Source: a virus. Taken from it: a stretch of DNA of 64,000 nucleotides. Below the pieces are notes generated by a model that saw only the letters and a program-made list of their open reading frames with translations, was not told the DNA's origin and did no database searches. Shown here piece by piece: positions 47,101 to 54,920 of the stretch (positions within the stretch are counted from its first letter, which is position 1; each line of letters starts with the position of its first letter). The stretch spans positions 3,552 to 67,551 of the IMG/VR virus record IMGVR_UViG_3300018476_000014; one strand, written 5' to 3'. The translations under genes were made by a program, and so were the position numbers.

Positions 47101-50100
47101 GCAGTTCCGCGACGCTGTCCGGGACGCGCTCAAGGACGCCAAGCTTGACCCGATGGCGGCCAAGCCCGCCGAGTTCCAGTCACCGGAAGAGTGGCTCGGC
47201 ATCTTCGCCAACCAGATCCTGCACGGTGAACTGAAGGGCGAGTTCGAGGGCATGGAGAACACCATGTTCGCCACGGCGCTGACGCTCTACCGGGCCGGCG
47301 ACATCGACGGGCTGTGGGAACAGATCTCCGGCACCAAGCGCCTGGCCAGCAAGTCGGGCGACGTGCAGCGCTACCACAAGCGCAAGGCCGGCACGGTGCT
47401 CGAGCGCGAGGAGAAGGCCGAGCCCACCGACCAGGCGCTGATCGTCAAGAACAAGTGGTTCAAGGCCGGCCACCGCGTCGAGCCGCTGCAAACCCTGACC
47501 GGGGCAGAAGCACTTACGCGTGCCGGCAAGGTGAAGATGGATTCCAGCTTCACCAGCCCGTTCGCCTGGGTGCGCAAGATGCACTCCAAGGCGCTCAGGC
47601 AGATGGTCGGCGACACGCCGGTGCACATCATCAGCCGCGAGGACATGGACCGGATCGCCAACAAGCCGAGCGACTCGAACAGTCAGGTCGCCGGGCTGTT
47701 CATGCCGTACGGCGCGAGCCGCTCGCCGAGCAAGATTCTGTCCGGCAAGGACCAGCCGGCGATCTTCATCGCCGCAGACAGTGCTGCTGATCCGCACAAC
47801 TTCGCGCACACCCTGATGCATGAGATGACGCATGCGGCGACCAGCTATGCGCTGCACCACGACATCCGCGGCATGGGGCGGATCATCCGGACCATGCGCA
47901 CCATGCTGGAGGCGGAGCTGCGGATCAGCGGTGCCTGGGAACATCTAGATCCCGAGCTGCACACCTACGGCTTCACCAACGATGCCGAGTTCGTAGCGGA
48001 AGCTTTCTCGAATCCGAACTTCCAGAACATGCTGATGCACTTCGAGGTGTCTCCCGAGCTGGCGGCTACGATCGGCAGTTTCACCGGCGGGAAGCCACGC
48101 ATGACCTGGTGGCAGGCGTTCACCAAGGCGGTCAGCAATGCGCTGGGCATCCTCGTGCCGCGTGGCGACTCCTACTTCGAGCAGATCCTGAAGCTGCAGC
48201 CCGACCTGATGATGACGAGCGCCGAGATCTTCGAAGATCGGCTTGCCAAGAATCCGACGCTTGGGCAGATCTTCTCCAAGCCGTTCGCCAAGACCCAGCT
48301 CAACGCCGCCGAGCCACTGATCCTGCAGTCGGTGAATCACTCGTTCGACGCGACGCGTCAGGCCGTCGAGGACAAGTGGTACAGCCTCAACGCGCGCACC
48401 ATCAAGAACCGCCTAGCCACCACCTACGAGCAGATGCGGCGCTCGGACTATTGGTTTGGCACGGGTGCCGACAACAAGTTCCGTCCGGTGGGGAGGCTTC
48501 TCTTGTCGGCCCGCAACATCCGCAACAAGCTCGCCAACCCTGGTCGTTTGCTGGTTCGCAAGCAGCTCGAGCTGAAGATCAAGGACCGCCCGGAATACGA
48601 CAGGCTGTCGGAAAACATCCACGAGGCGACGCTGCTCGGCATGGACCCGCAGATCTCCCTTGCCGACAACATCACCGCCGGCAACGTCTCCAAGGCCGGC
48701 GACCTCGACGCCTACAAGCGCGCCGCCTTCCCGGAGTTGAAGAAAGCCTACGACGCGCTGAAGCCGGCGACCCAGCAGATCTATGCCGACACGGTCAGGC
48801 ACCACAAGGATCAGGAGAACACGCGGCGCACCGAGCTGACCAAGAACGCCTTGGCCAAGGTTGTCGACTTCTGGAGTCTCACCCTGCCGACATCGCAGAA
48901 GCAGGCGGTGGAAGACATCATGGAGGGGCTGCTCGACGCCGACCCGGCGACCATCACCGACCCGGTCAAGCAGGCCCGGGCGACAGCGCTTCGACAGGCG
49001 CTCGGCAAGCACGCGGACTCGCTGGGCAACGTCGCCGAGATGCGCTCGGTGAAGGGCGTCTACGTGCCGCTGATGCGCTGGGGCAAGTATGTCATCACCG
49101 CCACGCAACAGGTGAAGGCCCCTCCTGGCGGCACCATCGACCCGCAGAACCCGAACCAGATCCTGTTCGATGACAAGGCCGCCTACAAAGCCTACGTCAA
49201 CGCCAACCAGGACCAGATCGATCGCGTCGGCTCCGAGTGGTGGGACCCGGTGACCGGCAAGCGGACGCAGAAGAAGGCATCCGTCGCACACACCCCTGGC
49301 GGCCCGCTCACCTACCCGGTGCAGGTGTTCCGCGTCCACGTCATGAACCGGCTGGTCGAGATGGACGACAGTGAAGGCAAGCTGGCGCGCCGCCGCGAGG
49401 ATCTGGTGAGCAAAGGCTTCCAGGTCACCCAGGTGGTGATGACCGACAAGGAGATGGCCCGCGGTGGCGACCTGATGCCGTCGCACATCACCAAGATCAT
49501 GAACGCCATGGACGCGTCGGGCACGTCAACGATCGGCAAGACGGCGTTCCAGCATGCTCTGCAGGATGCCTATGTCCGGACGCTGATGAACAGCCGCGCC
49601 CAGCACCGCAGGCTGAAGCGGCAGGGTATCCAGGGCTTCAACCGCGACCTGGTGAACGCCACCAACAATGCCAACCACATCATGTCGGGCCACATCGCCA
49701 ACCTCCAGCTGCAGCCACAGCTGGATAAAGCTTCGAAAGAGCTGAACGAGTGGGTGAAGCAGGAGGAGAAGAACGACTACGGCGTCGCCTCGAACCGCAA
49801 ACACATCGAGCGCCAGGCGATGGTCAAGGAACTCTACCAGCGCATCGAGCACATGCAGACGCGCAACGAGGATCACTGGGGCCAGCACGCCTTAAGGAAC
49901 GTGCTCGACCTGTCGTTCCTCACCCATCTGGCGAGCCCCGCCTACACCATCGTCAACCTGATGCAGACGGTGGTCACCTCCTTGCCAGTGCTGGGGGCTG
50001 CCCACGGCATGTTCCGCACCGGTCGCGAGATGGCACGTGCCGCCAAGGACCTGGGCGTCCACAGGACCGTGGTGCGCGGGGTATGGGAGACAGGGCGTGA

Positions 50101-51439
50101 AGCGGTGCACGCCTTCCACAAGATCCCGATCGAGCAGTACAACCACCACGAGGACGCCAAGAAAAAGATCCTCCGCGCCGAGCCGGCCGCCAAAGGTGGC
50201 GTCGATCTCCTCGAGCAGATGGGACTCTCTGCATCGGGCGGCATCGAGGCGCCCGAAGTCAGCGAGATGAACAAGAACTGGGGGTCCGTCCGGCTCACCC
50301 GCACGGTGCGGGCGGCGCGCGCCGCCCCGGAATCCGCCGAGGCGGTCAACCGCTACACGACGTTTCTCGCAGCCTGGCGGCTGGCCAGGCAGGACGGCAT
50401 GTCGATCGCCGAGGCGGACGAGTATGCCGTGTCGATGGTCGAGAAGACGCAAGGCGGATACGCCAGTGAAAACAACCCGTCTTTCCTGTCAGGAAAATGG
50501 CTGGCCTTCCCGCTGCAGTTCAAGAAGTACCCGCTGATGTACGGGCAGATGTATTACGGCGCAGTGATGCGCACGCTCGGCCCGAACCCATCCAAGGCCG
50601 ACCGCTGGGAGGCAGCAAAGCAGACCGCGTATCTCTCGGCCACCACCATGGCGTTCGCCGGCGTCGGCGGCCTGCCCTTCATCGAGTTCGGCCGCGCCTT
50701 CGCGCTGGCAGCCCTGGCGATCGGTGGCGATGAAGAGCCATGGAAGTGGGACGACTACGAGAACGCCATGGAGGAATGGTTTGCCGACATGACCAAGTTC
50801 GCGCTCGGCAAGCACTCGGCCATGGCCGCCGAGGCGCTGGTCTATGGCGCCACCCGGTTCCTTGGCATCGACACCTCGTCGCGCATGGGCAACTCGTCGT
50901 CTGTGCTCTTCGGCGAGCCCAAGAAGAGCGACGAGATGGGGGTCAAGGCATGGCTGTTCGAGCTGACCGGCGGTGCCGGGCTCGACACCATCGGCGACAC
51001 CATCCAGGCGTTCCAGGGCGACATCTCCAAGCTGCCGATGCCGAAGGCCTTCCAGGACATCTACAAGGCCTACACCAAGAGCCAGGAGGGCACCGTCACC
51101 AAGACCGGCCGGCAGGTCGGCAAGGAGTTCACCACTGCCGAAGCGGTCGCTCAAGGGCTGGGCTTCAGGCCGCGCAAGGACGTCCGGTCCTACGAGGCCG
51201 GTGGCTCCGGCACGAAGAACCGCGAGGAACAGCGGGCGAGTCGCGATCGCACCAACCTGATGGGCGAGTGGGCGAAGGCCGACTCGTGGCATCGCCCGGC
51301 CGTGTGGACCAAGAAGATCATGAAGTGGAACCGCGAGCACCCCGATCAGAAGATCACCCGTGCCTCGCTGCAGAAGTCGCTGAACCGGCGCAAGCAGCAG
51401 GCCAAGGAGGACAAGAAGATGCGTGAGGAGCAGGACTGA
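44126..51439 (+). CDS. giant internal virion (polyvalent-type) protein with zincin metallopeptidase and PLxRFG-like domains
   Basis: 2437 aa; EGITEAAQ membrane-like region, TLMHEMTHAAT...EFVAEAFSNPNFQ, YVPLMRWGKY, EAVNRYTTFLAAWRLA, LQFKKY, QGLGFRP. Confidence 0.85.
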   Translation: MERTYTPLDYEPEDYVPESEPVIAEPEKVKPSSTDPAPATEPPPAAAEPAPAEPETSRPAAPRARKYTPIDYEPEPAEDGWSKIPKNPIGSGTAIGRGLIGGTIDVKRQLGDAYEGFNVLRGSTELDLSEDPVTGYERRVPSLANIKDVDTGLTWLGETLGSAIPQFAPTIATAAVGTGIGGLTAPVTGPAGAFAGRAAGGLAGSIIQNFGDVWGGFKQDAGIRKLLDDKQVEPMFLAQSALAASALIGTLDAVSLGKITNKLGLSKELSPDELALEIAKKWTIASIAKRGGKGMAWEGITEAAQSMIAQAAEIGIGGNWDMTNRVVRLFDEFAGGAVQGGPAAALSPPADPKNNDLEVPPKPDDQPGEAAPVLPEGTPAPVEAAPAAEQATPGGLSATTPAPPAGLDKQPAEAEPAPVPEAATDPGTLAKPPAPVLPEPGSPVTVVGQGETAPDVAEALPTRPAAQAPAEDEGITEGAIPAEQEEAGSPFMRQMLARHAQQQDASVAAALQESLPAAPEQAAVQPPVIPPAPQPEVLGTAGARWRQDAPADATLAAPSPAVSGEAVTPENALPAAASEVSQEQVPSPPIEPAPAPQPDVSLEPTDQGVIPVAPAEKTPTYTPVGYDPEPFTPEDFEAEAAAEPAESDEDVPAVTEPAEEELAPAAAYVAGEYVPPKKKPETVVVKKRGKPAPKEEVKPSSTEGATPTKTGSTLTKAQRELHDEVTRAVPPDLETHPHGKAAIEEAVREHKSPVRPREEAHRKAQVEQTLEAARKHAKRRLDEEVAAVGSQAQQELDRAKSLARERETKGKPQERKRRGKTKGKAAEDVAIQSPKRWNESVEAERAKPAEEQNQDLIEYGAFRDARNKLGARDPKRASLNKEMDKAKERYLEGQRQAEEARKPAPAPVPETPAEAPALTQEEQEAILQSKNKEAEKQRAQQAAARREKTGTLLEPAVDAVAIPDEFYQPAGAKVAFRKSVQMFDREMRAVIKQFRDAVRDALKDAKLDPMAAKPAEFQSPEEWLGIFANQILHGELKGEFEGMENTMFATALTLYRAGDIDGLWEQISGTKRLASKSGDVQRYHKRKAGTVLEREEKAEPTDQALIVKNKWFKAGHRVEPLQTLTGAEALTRAGKVKMDSSFTSPFAWVRKMHSKALRQMVGDTPVHIISREDMDRIANKPSDSNSQVAGLFMPYGASRSPSKILSGKDQPAIFIAADSAADPHNFAHTLMHEMTHAATSYALHHDIRGMGRIIRTMRTMLEAELRISGAWEHLDPELHTYGFTNDAEFVAEAFSNPNFQNMLMHFEVSPELAATIGSFTGGKPRMTWWQAFTKAVSNALGILVPRGDSYFEQILKLQPDLMMTSAEIFEDRLAKNPTLGQIFSKPFAKTQLNAAEPLILQSVNHSFDATRQAVEDKWYSLNARTIKNRLATTYEQMRRSDYWFGTGADNKFRPVGRLLLSARNIRNKLANPGRLLVRKQLELKIKDRPEYDRLSENIHEATLLGMDPQISLADNITAGNVSKAGDLDAYKRAAFPELKKAYDALKPATQQIYADTVRHHKDQENTRRTELTKNALAKVVDFWSLTLPTSQKQAVEDIMEGLLDADPATITDPVKQARATALRQALGKHADSLGNVAEMRSVKGVYVPLMRWGKYVITATQQVKAPPGGTIDPQNPNQILFDDKAAYKAYVNANQDQIDRVGSEWWDPVTGKRTQKKASVAHTPGGPLTYPVQVFRVHVMNRLVEMDDSEGKLARRREDLVSKGFQVTQVVMTDKEMARGGDLMPSHITKIMNAMDASGTSTIGKTAFQHALQDAYVRTLMNSRAQHRRLKRQGIQGFNRDLVNATNNANHIMSGHIANLQLQPQLDKASKELNEWVKQEEKNDYGVASNRKHIERQAMVKELYQRIEHMQTRNEDHWGQHALRNVLDLSFLTHLASPAYTIVNLMQTVVTSLPVLGAAHGMFRTGREMARAAKDLGVHRTVVRGVWETGREAVHAFHKIPIEQYNHHEDAKKKILRAEPAAKGGVDLLEQMGLSASGGIEAPEVSEMNKNWGSVRLTRTVRAARAAPESAEAVNRYTTFLAAWRLARQDGMSIAEADEYAVSMVEKTQGGYASENNPSFLSGKWLAFPLQFKKYPLMYGQMYYGAVMRTLGPNPSKADRWEAAKQTAYLSATTMAFAGVGGLPFIEFGRAFALAALAIGGDEEPWKWDDYENAMEEWFADMTKFALGKHSAMAAEALVYGATRFLGIDTSSRMGNSSSVLFGEPKKSDEMGVKAWLFELTGGAGLDTIGDTIQAFQGDISKLPMPKAFQDIYKAYTKSQEGTVTKTGRQVGKEFTTAEAVAQGLGFRPRKDVRSYEAGGSGTKNREEQRASRDRTNLMGEWAKADSWHRPAVWTKKIMKWNREHPDQKITRASLQKSLNRRKQQAKEDKKMREEQD

Positions 51440-51714
51440 TGAACCGACTGGCAGCCATGCATGATCGTGACATCCGTATCCAGTGGGTCGACTGCGACGA
51501 CATGACGGTGACGTTCGCCAACGGGGTGACGCTGCCGATCATCGGCTTCCTCGCCCCGGATAAATACACCCTGGTCGATGACGCTGTGGAGGGGGGTTAT
51601 GCCGAGTTCGGCAACGACGAGTTCGGCTACGGCTACTACCCGGTCAGGCTGATCGGCGACGAGGAATATGAGCAGGAGCTGAAGGAGTTCGAGCATGCCC
51701 TCCAAGAGCGATAA
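51439..51714 (+). CDS. acidic hypothetical protein
   Basis: TGATG-coupled 91-aa ORF. Confidence 0.55.
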   Translation: MNRLAAMHDRDIRIQWVDCDDMTVTFANGVTLPIIGFLAPDKYTLVDDAVEGGYAEFGNDEFGYGYYPVRLIGDEEYEQELKEFEHALQER

Positions 51715-51853
51715 GCAGAAGCGCACCATGGCGGCCGCTGCCCACGACAAGGGGTTTGCCAAAAAGCTGGGCATCCCGCAGTCTGTCGCCAAGGACTTCA
51801 ACCAGGCGGACAAGCGGAAGGGCGGGCACAAGCAGGGCAAGGGACGGCGATGA
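51695..51853 (+). CDS. conserved small basic phage protein (52 aa, not in ORF track)
   Basis: MPSKSDKQKRTMAAAAHDKGFAKKLGIPQSVAKDFNQADK; AAGGAG RBS. Confidence 0.7.
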   Translation: MPSKSDKQKRTMAAAAHDKGFAKKLGIPQSVAKDFNQADKRKGGHKQGKGRR

Positions 51854-52056
51854 GCCTGTGGCACAAGCTCTTCGGCGACCCGGATGGCCCGAAGACATTC
51901 GAGCAGGATCTCGAGCTGATGATCGCTCGCTGGACCGACCCGAGCCGCAAGAGGGAGCGGACCATGTCAGTCGACCAGATCGGGGAAGCGCTTCTCACCC
52001 GTGCCGAGCAGGCTCTCGACCGACCAAGACCCAAGCCCACGAGGAAACCACGATGA
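51850..52056 (+). CDS. hypothetical protein
   Basis: 68-aa ORF, ATGA-coupled. Confidence 0.5.
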   Translation: MSLWHKLFGDPDGPKTFEQDLELMIARWTDPSRKRERTMSVDQIGEALLTRAEQALDRPRPKPTRKPR

Positions 52057-52247
52057 AGGAACTCGCTCACGTCAGATACACTAGGAAGGGCGCGCTGATC
52101 GAGAAGCTCGCCGGGCAGTTCGCGCACGCCGCCGGCTACTCGCTGACCGAGGACAACGTCAACCAGTGGCGGCTGGCCATGACCTCGCTGATCGACGGCA
52201 TCCTCGAGCTGGTCGAGGAGCCGCGGAGGGACGACGATGAAACGTAA
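52053..52247 (+). CDS. hypothetical protein
   Basis: MKELAHVRY start with GAGGA RBS. Confidence 0.55.
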   Translation: MKELAHVRYTRKGALIEKLAGQFAHAAGYSLTEDNVNQWRLAMTSLIDGILELVEEPRRDDDET

Positions 52248-52536
52248 GATGACGCAGTTCGATTCCGGCAAGATGGAGGCGGGCGGCGCCGGCAGTGGCA
52301 CCCTGCCGTCGTCCAGCCTGCGCGGCTCGCAGTGGGGCAAGGGGATGCGCCCGACCGAGGAGCCGATGTCCAAGATGGAGCTGCGCGCCAAGCAGCGCCA
52401 GGCGCAGCCGAGCGAGGCCAAGCCACGCGAGAGCTGGGACGAGTGGCAGGCCCGCAATAAAGCCAGCCGCAAGAAGGACGACGTCGCTTTCGCGAAGGGA
52501 GGGATGGTCCGCAACGACTACGCGAAGAAATGTTGA
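52237..52536 (+). CDS. small basic protein with FAKGG motif
   Basis: GGAGG RBS; C-terminal AFAKGGMVR. Confidence 0.6.
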   Translation: MKRKMTQFDSGKMEAGGAGSGTLPSSSLRGSQWGKGMRPTEEPMSKMELRAKQRQAQPSEAKPRESWDEWQARNKASRKKDDVAFAKGGMVRNDYAKKC

Positions 52537-52616
52537 AGCGCGCCGACGGCGGTGAAGACATCTTCACCAAGCACGAAAACATCAACATGAACTACAACCT
52601 GATTGGGAAGGCTAAG

Positions 52617-52988
52617 ATGCCCCACGAATCCGACCATGACCGCATGAACCGCACCGGGCTGTCATCGCTCCGGATCACCGACGATGAGAGCAAGGCGGTG
52701 CAGAAGACGCCGAACCGCGTCTCGCTCGACTCCATGGAGAAGAAGATCAAGCACACGGAGTTCCTGCACCCGGGGCTCATGCCGCACATGACGATCTGCT
52801 TCATGCTATTGGAGAACGGCTTTGCGCTGATCGGCAAGTCGACGCCGGCCGACCCCGAGAACTTCGATGAGAAGCTCGGCATGAAATTCGCCTACGAGGA
52901 TGCGCTGCGGCAGATGTGGCCGCTCGAGGCCTACCTACTGCGAGAGAAAATGTTCACGGAATCCGCCGGCGCTTCTGCTGGGGGTTAA
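52617..52988 (+). CDS. Gp49-family protein (N4 gp49 / Sf6 gp66-like)
   Basis: MTICFMLLENGFALIGKS...PENFDEKLG..FAYEDA..QMWPLEAYLLRE. Confidence 0.85.
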   Translation: MPHESDHDRMNRTGLSSLRITDDESKAVQKTPNRVSLDSMEKKIKHTEFLHPGLMPHMTICFMLLENGFALIGKSTPADPENFDEKLGMKFAYEDALRQMWPLEAYLLREKMFTESAGASAGG

Positions 52989-53004
52989 CAAGGGGAGTAC
53001 TGAA

Positions 53005-53670
53005 ATGCCGAGATCTTTTAAAGCTCTGATCACTTTGCTCGAGGGACCTGACCAAAGCCTGCCCGGTGATCAGCCGCATCCCAGCCACCCGATCGTCATC
53101 CCGCCGGATGCGATCGCGCCGGGTGTACCGACGCACCCGATTTATATTCCGGTCTATCCCGACAACTCACTGCCGGGGAACCAACCCTACCCGGACCAGG
53201 GACTGCCCGGTGAACAGCCACACCCCGACCAGGGCCTGCCGGGTGAACAGCCACGTCCCGATCAAGGCCTGCCCGGTGAGCAGCCACGTCCTGACCAAGG
53301 CCTGCCCGGTGAGCAGCCACGTCCGGATCAGGGCCTGCCGCCCTTCCCGAGCCACCCGATTGTCATCCCGCCGGATGCGATTGCTCCTGGTGTGCCAACC
53401 CATCCGATCGTCATCCCGCCGGACGGCTCGCCCCCCTACATCGACAACTCGTTGCCGGGCGGCCAGGGTGGAGTTCCCACCCATCCGATCGTCCTGCCGC
53501 CACTGCCGGAGAATATCGAAGAGAGCGATCAGGCGCTGATCATGGTGAAGACCGGTGAGCAGACGACCTGGTACATCATCGGTGCCGACAATGAGTTGCG
53601 GCCGAGTGAAGGCGAGTCGAGTGGCGGCGGCAGGGCCGGCAAGAAGGGTGGCAAGGCGTCCAAGAAGTAA
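53005..53670 (+). CDS. proline-rich repeat protein
   Basis: PDQGLPGEQP(H/R) four times and P(S/T)HPIxxP five times; AAGGGGAG RBS. Confidence 0.75.
   Translation: MPRSFKALITLLEGPDQSLPGDQPHPSHPIVIPPDAIAPGVPTHPIYIPVYPDNSLPGNQPYPDQGLPGEQPHPDQGLPGEQPRPDQGLPGEQPRPDQGLPGEQPRPDQGLPPFPSHPIVIPPDAIAPGVPTHPIVIPPDGSPPYIDNSLPGGQGGVPTHPIVLPPLPENIEESDQALIMVKTGEQTTWYIIGADNELRPSEGESSGGGRAGKKGGKASKK
53191..53340 (+). repeat. 33-nt (11-aa) tandem repeat, about 4.5 copies
   Basis: CCnGAyCArGGnCTGCCnGGTGArCAGCCAC.. units. Confidence 0.9.
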
Positions 53671-53681
53671 CCAGAAGTAGG

Positions 53682-53710
53682 CGAGCTATGCCGACGTGCG
53701 GCATAGCTCG
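53682..53710 (+). terminator. 12-bp hairpin upstream of the endolysin
   Basis: CGAGCTATGCCG-ACGTG-CGGCATAGCTCG; no U-tract. Confidence 0.45.
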
Positions 53711-53721
53711 TGAGGCCAGCC

Positions 53722-54456
53722 ATGCATTTCGACCGTGACATCTACTTCAGCAACGTCCGCGAGGAGTTGTTCTTCGGGGCGTTGACGCAGCAGCAGGTCG
53801 ACGGTCAGGGCATCTTACTGGGGTTGTGGGAGGGCCAGTATACCGGCACTCCCATGACCGACATCCGCTGGCTCGCCTATATCCTGGCGACCGTCTACCA
53901 CGAGTGCGCCACGACGATGTGGCCGATCACCGAGCAGGGCTCTCAGGAGTACCTGCAAAGCAAGGAATACTGGCCCTACATCGGACGCGGATTCGTGATG
54001 CTCACATGGGAGGGCAACTACCGCAACGCTTCGGCGCAGCTCAGCCTGACCGGCGACCGCGATCTGGTGGACCACCCCGAGATGGCGCTGGACAGTTTGA
54101 TCTCGGCGCGCGTCCTGTTCCGCGGCATGGCCGAAGGCTGGTACACCGGCAGAAAGCTGGGGGAATATTTCAACGACGATCCAGAGGACCCGAAAGACGA
54201 TCCAGTCAACGCAAGACAGATCGTCAACGGCAACGATGACGACCTGCTCATTGCGGGGTACCACGCGTCGTTCCTGCTGGCGTTAACTCTCAGCATGGAA
54301 GACACGGGACTGCCGGCTCAGACGAGTGGGGGTGGGGATACGCTGGAGCCGACCGTTCCTCCCACAATGTCCGAACAACCGACGATCATAAATGTTCAAA
54401 CACCGCCGGGAGTCGGTGTCGTGATTCATCTCAACGGAGAGGAGTTAACGACATGA
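53722..54456 (+). CDS. endolysin, glycoside hydrolase family 19-like
   Basis: LAYILATVYHEC..MWPITE, YIGRGFVMLTWEGNY, DLVDHPEMAL, ARQIVNG. Confidence 0.85.
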   Translation: MHFDRDIYFSNVREELFFGALTQQQVDGQGILLGLWEGQYTGTPMTDIRWLAYILATVYHECATTMWPITEQGSQEYLQSKEYWPYIGRGFVMLTWEGNYRNASAQLSLTGDRDLVDHPEMALDSLISARVLFRGMAEGWYTGRKLGEYFNDDPEDPKDDPVNARQIVNGNDDDLLIAGYHASFLLALTLSMEDTGLPAQTSGGGDTLEPTVPPTMSEQPTIINVQTPPGVGVVIHLNGEELTT

Positions 54457-54471
54457 CAACCGAGCATACCC

Positions 54472-54678
54472 ATGAGCGCCAGTGAAGAAGCAGCGAAGGC
54501 CGCCACTAGTGCTATCGATGCCATGCGGACGAACCCGTCCTGCCTGGCAGCACTCATGCTGGCGGCAATGTTTTCAATGCTCAGCTACTACAACAACCAG
54601 CGAGACGACGAGCAGAGATCAAGGACTCTCGATATCCTGATGAAGAGCTGTTTCAAACCTGATGGGGGACCGCACTGA
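54472..54678 (+). CDS. small single-TM protein, candidate holin/lysis accessory
   Basis: NPSCLAALMLAAMFSMLSYY hydrophobic helix, right after the endolysin. Confidence 0.45.
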   Translation: MSASEEAAKAATSAIDAMRTNPSCLAALMLAAMFSMLSYYNNQRDDEQRSRTLDILMKSCFKPDGGPH

Positions 54679-54920
54679 TGGCCAAGAGAGTTCGCGACTA
54701 CAAGCACGAGTACGCGATCTACCACGGCAAGCCAGAGAAGATCAAAGAGCGCGCCGAGCGCGTTCAGGCGCGCCGGGATGTCGTCAAGGACAAGGGGGCT
54801 GCAGCGGTGGCGGGCAAGGATGTCCACCACAAGAAGGCGATCCGGCACGGCGGTGGCAACGGCAAGGGGAACCTCGCCATCACCTCGACTAAACACCGTG
54901 GCTGGAACCGTGGAAGTTAG
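54678..54920 (+). CDS. small HNH endonuclease-like protein
   Basis: RDYKHEY...GKDVHHKKAIRHGGGNGKGNLAI; overlaps the convergent primase by 32 bp. Confidence 0.7.
   Translation: MAKRVRDYKHEYAIYHGKPEKIKERAERVQARRDVVKDKGAAAVAGKDVHHKKAIRHGGGNGKGNLAITSTKHRGWNRGS

Noticed and set aside
44126-51439. Giant ORF as an N4-like virion RNA polymerase or DarB-like methylase-helicase
   Set aside because: No recognisable RNAP, methyltransferase or helicase motifs; zincin and PLxRFG-like motifs are present instead.
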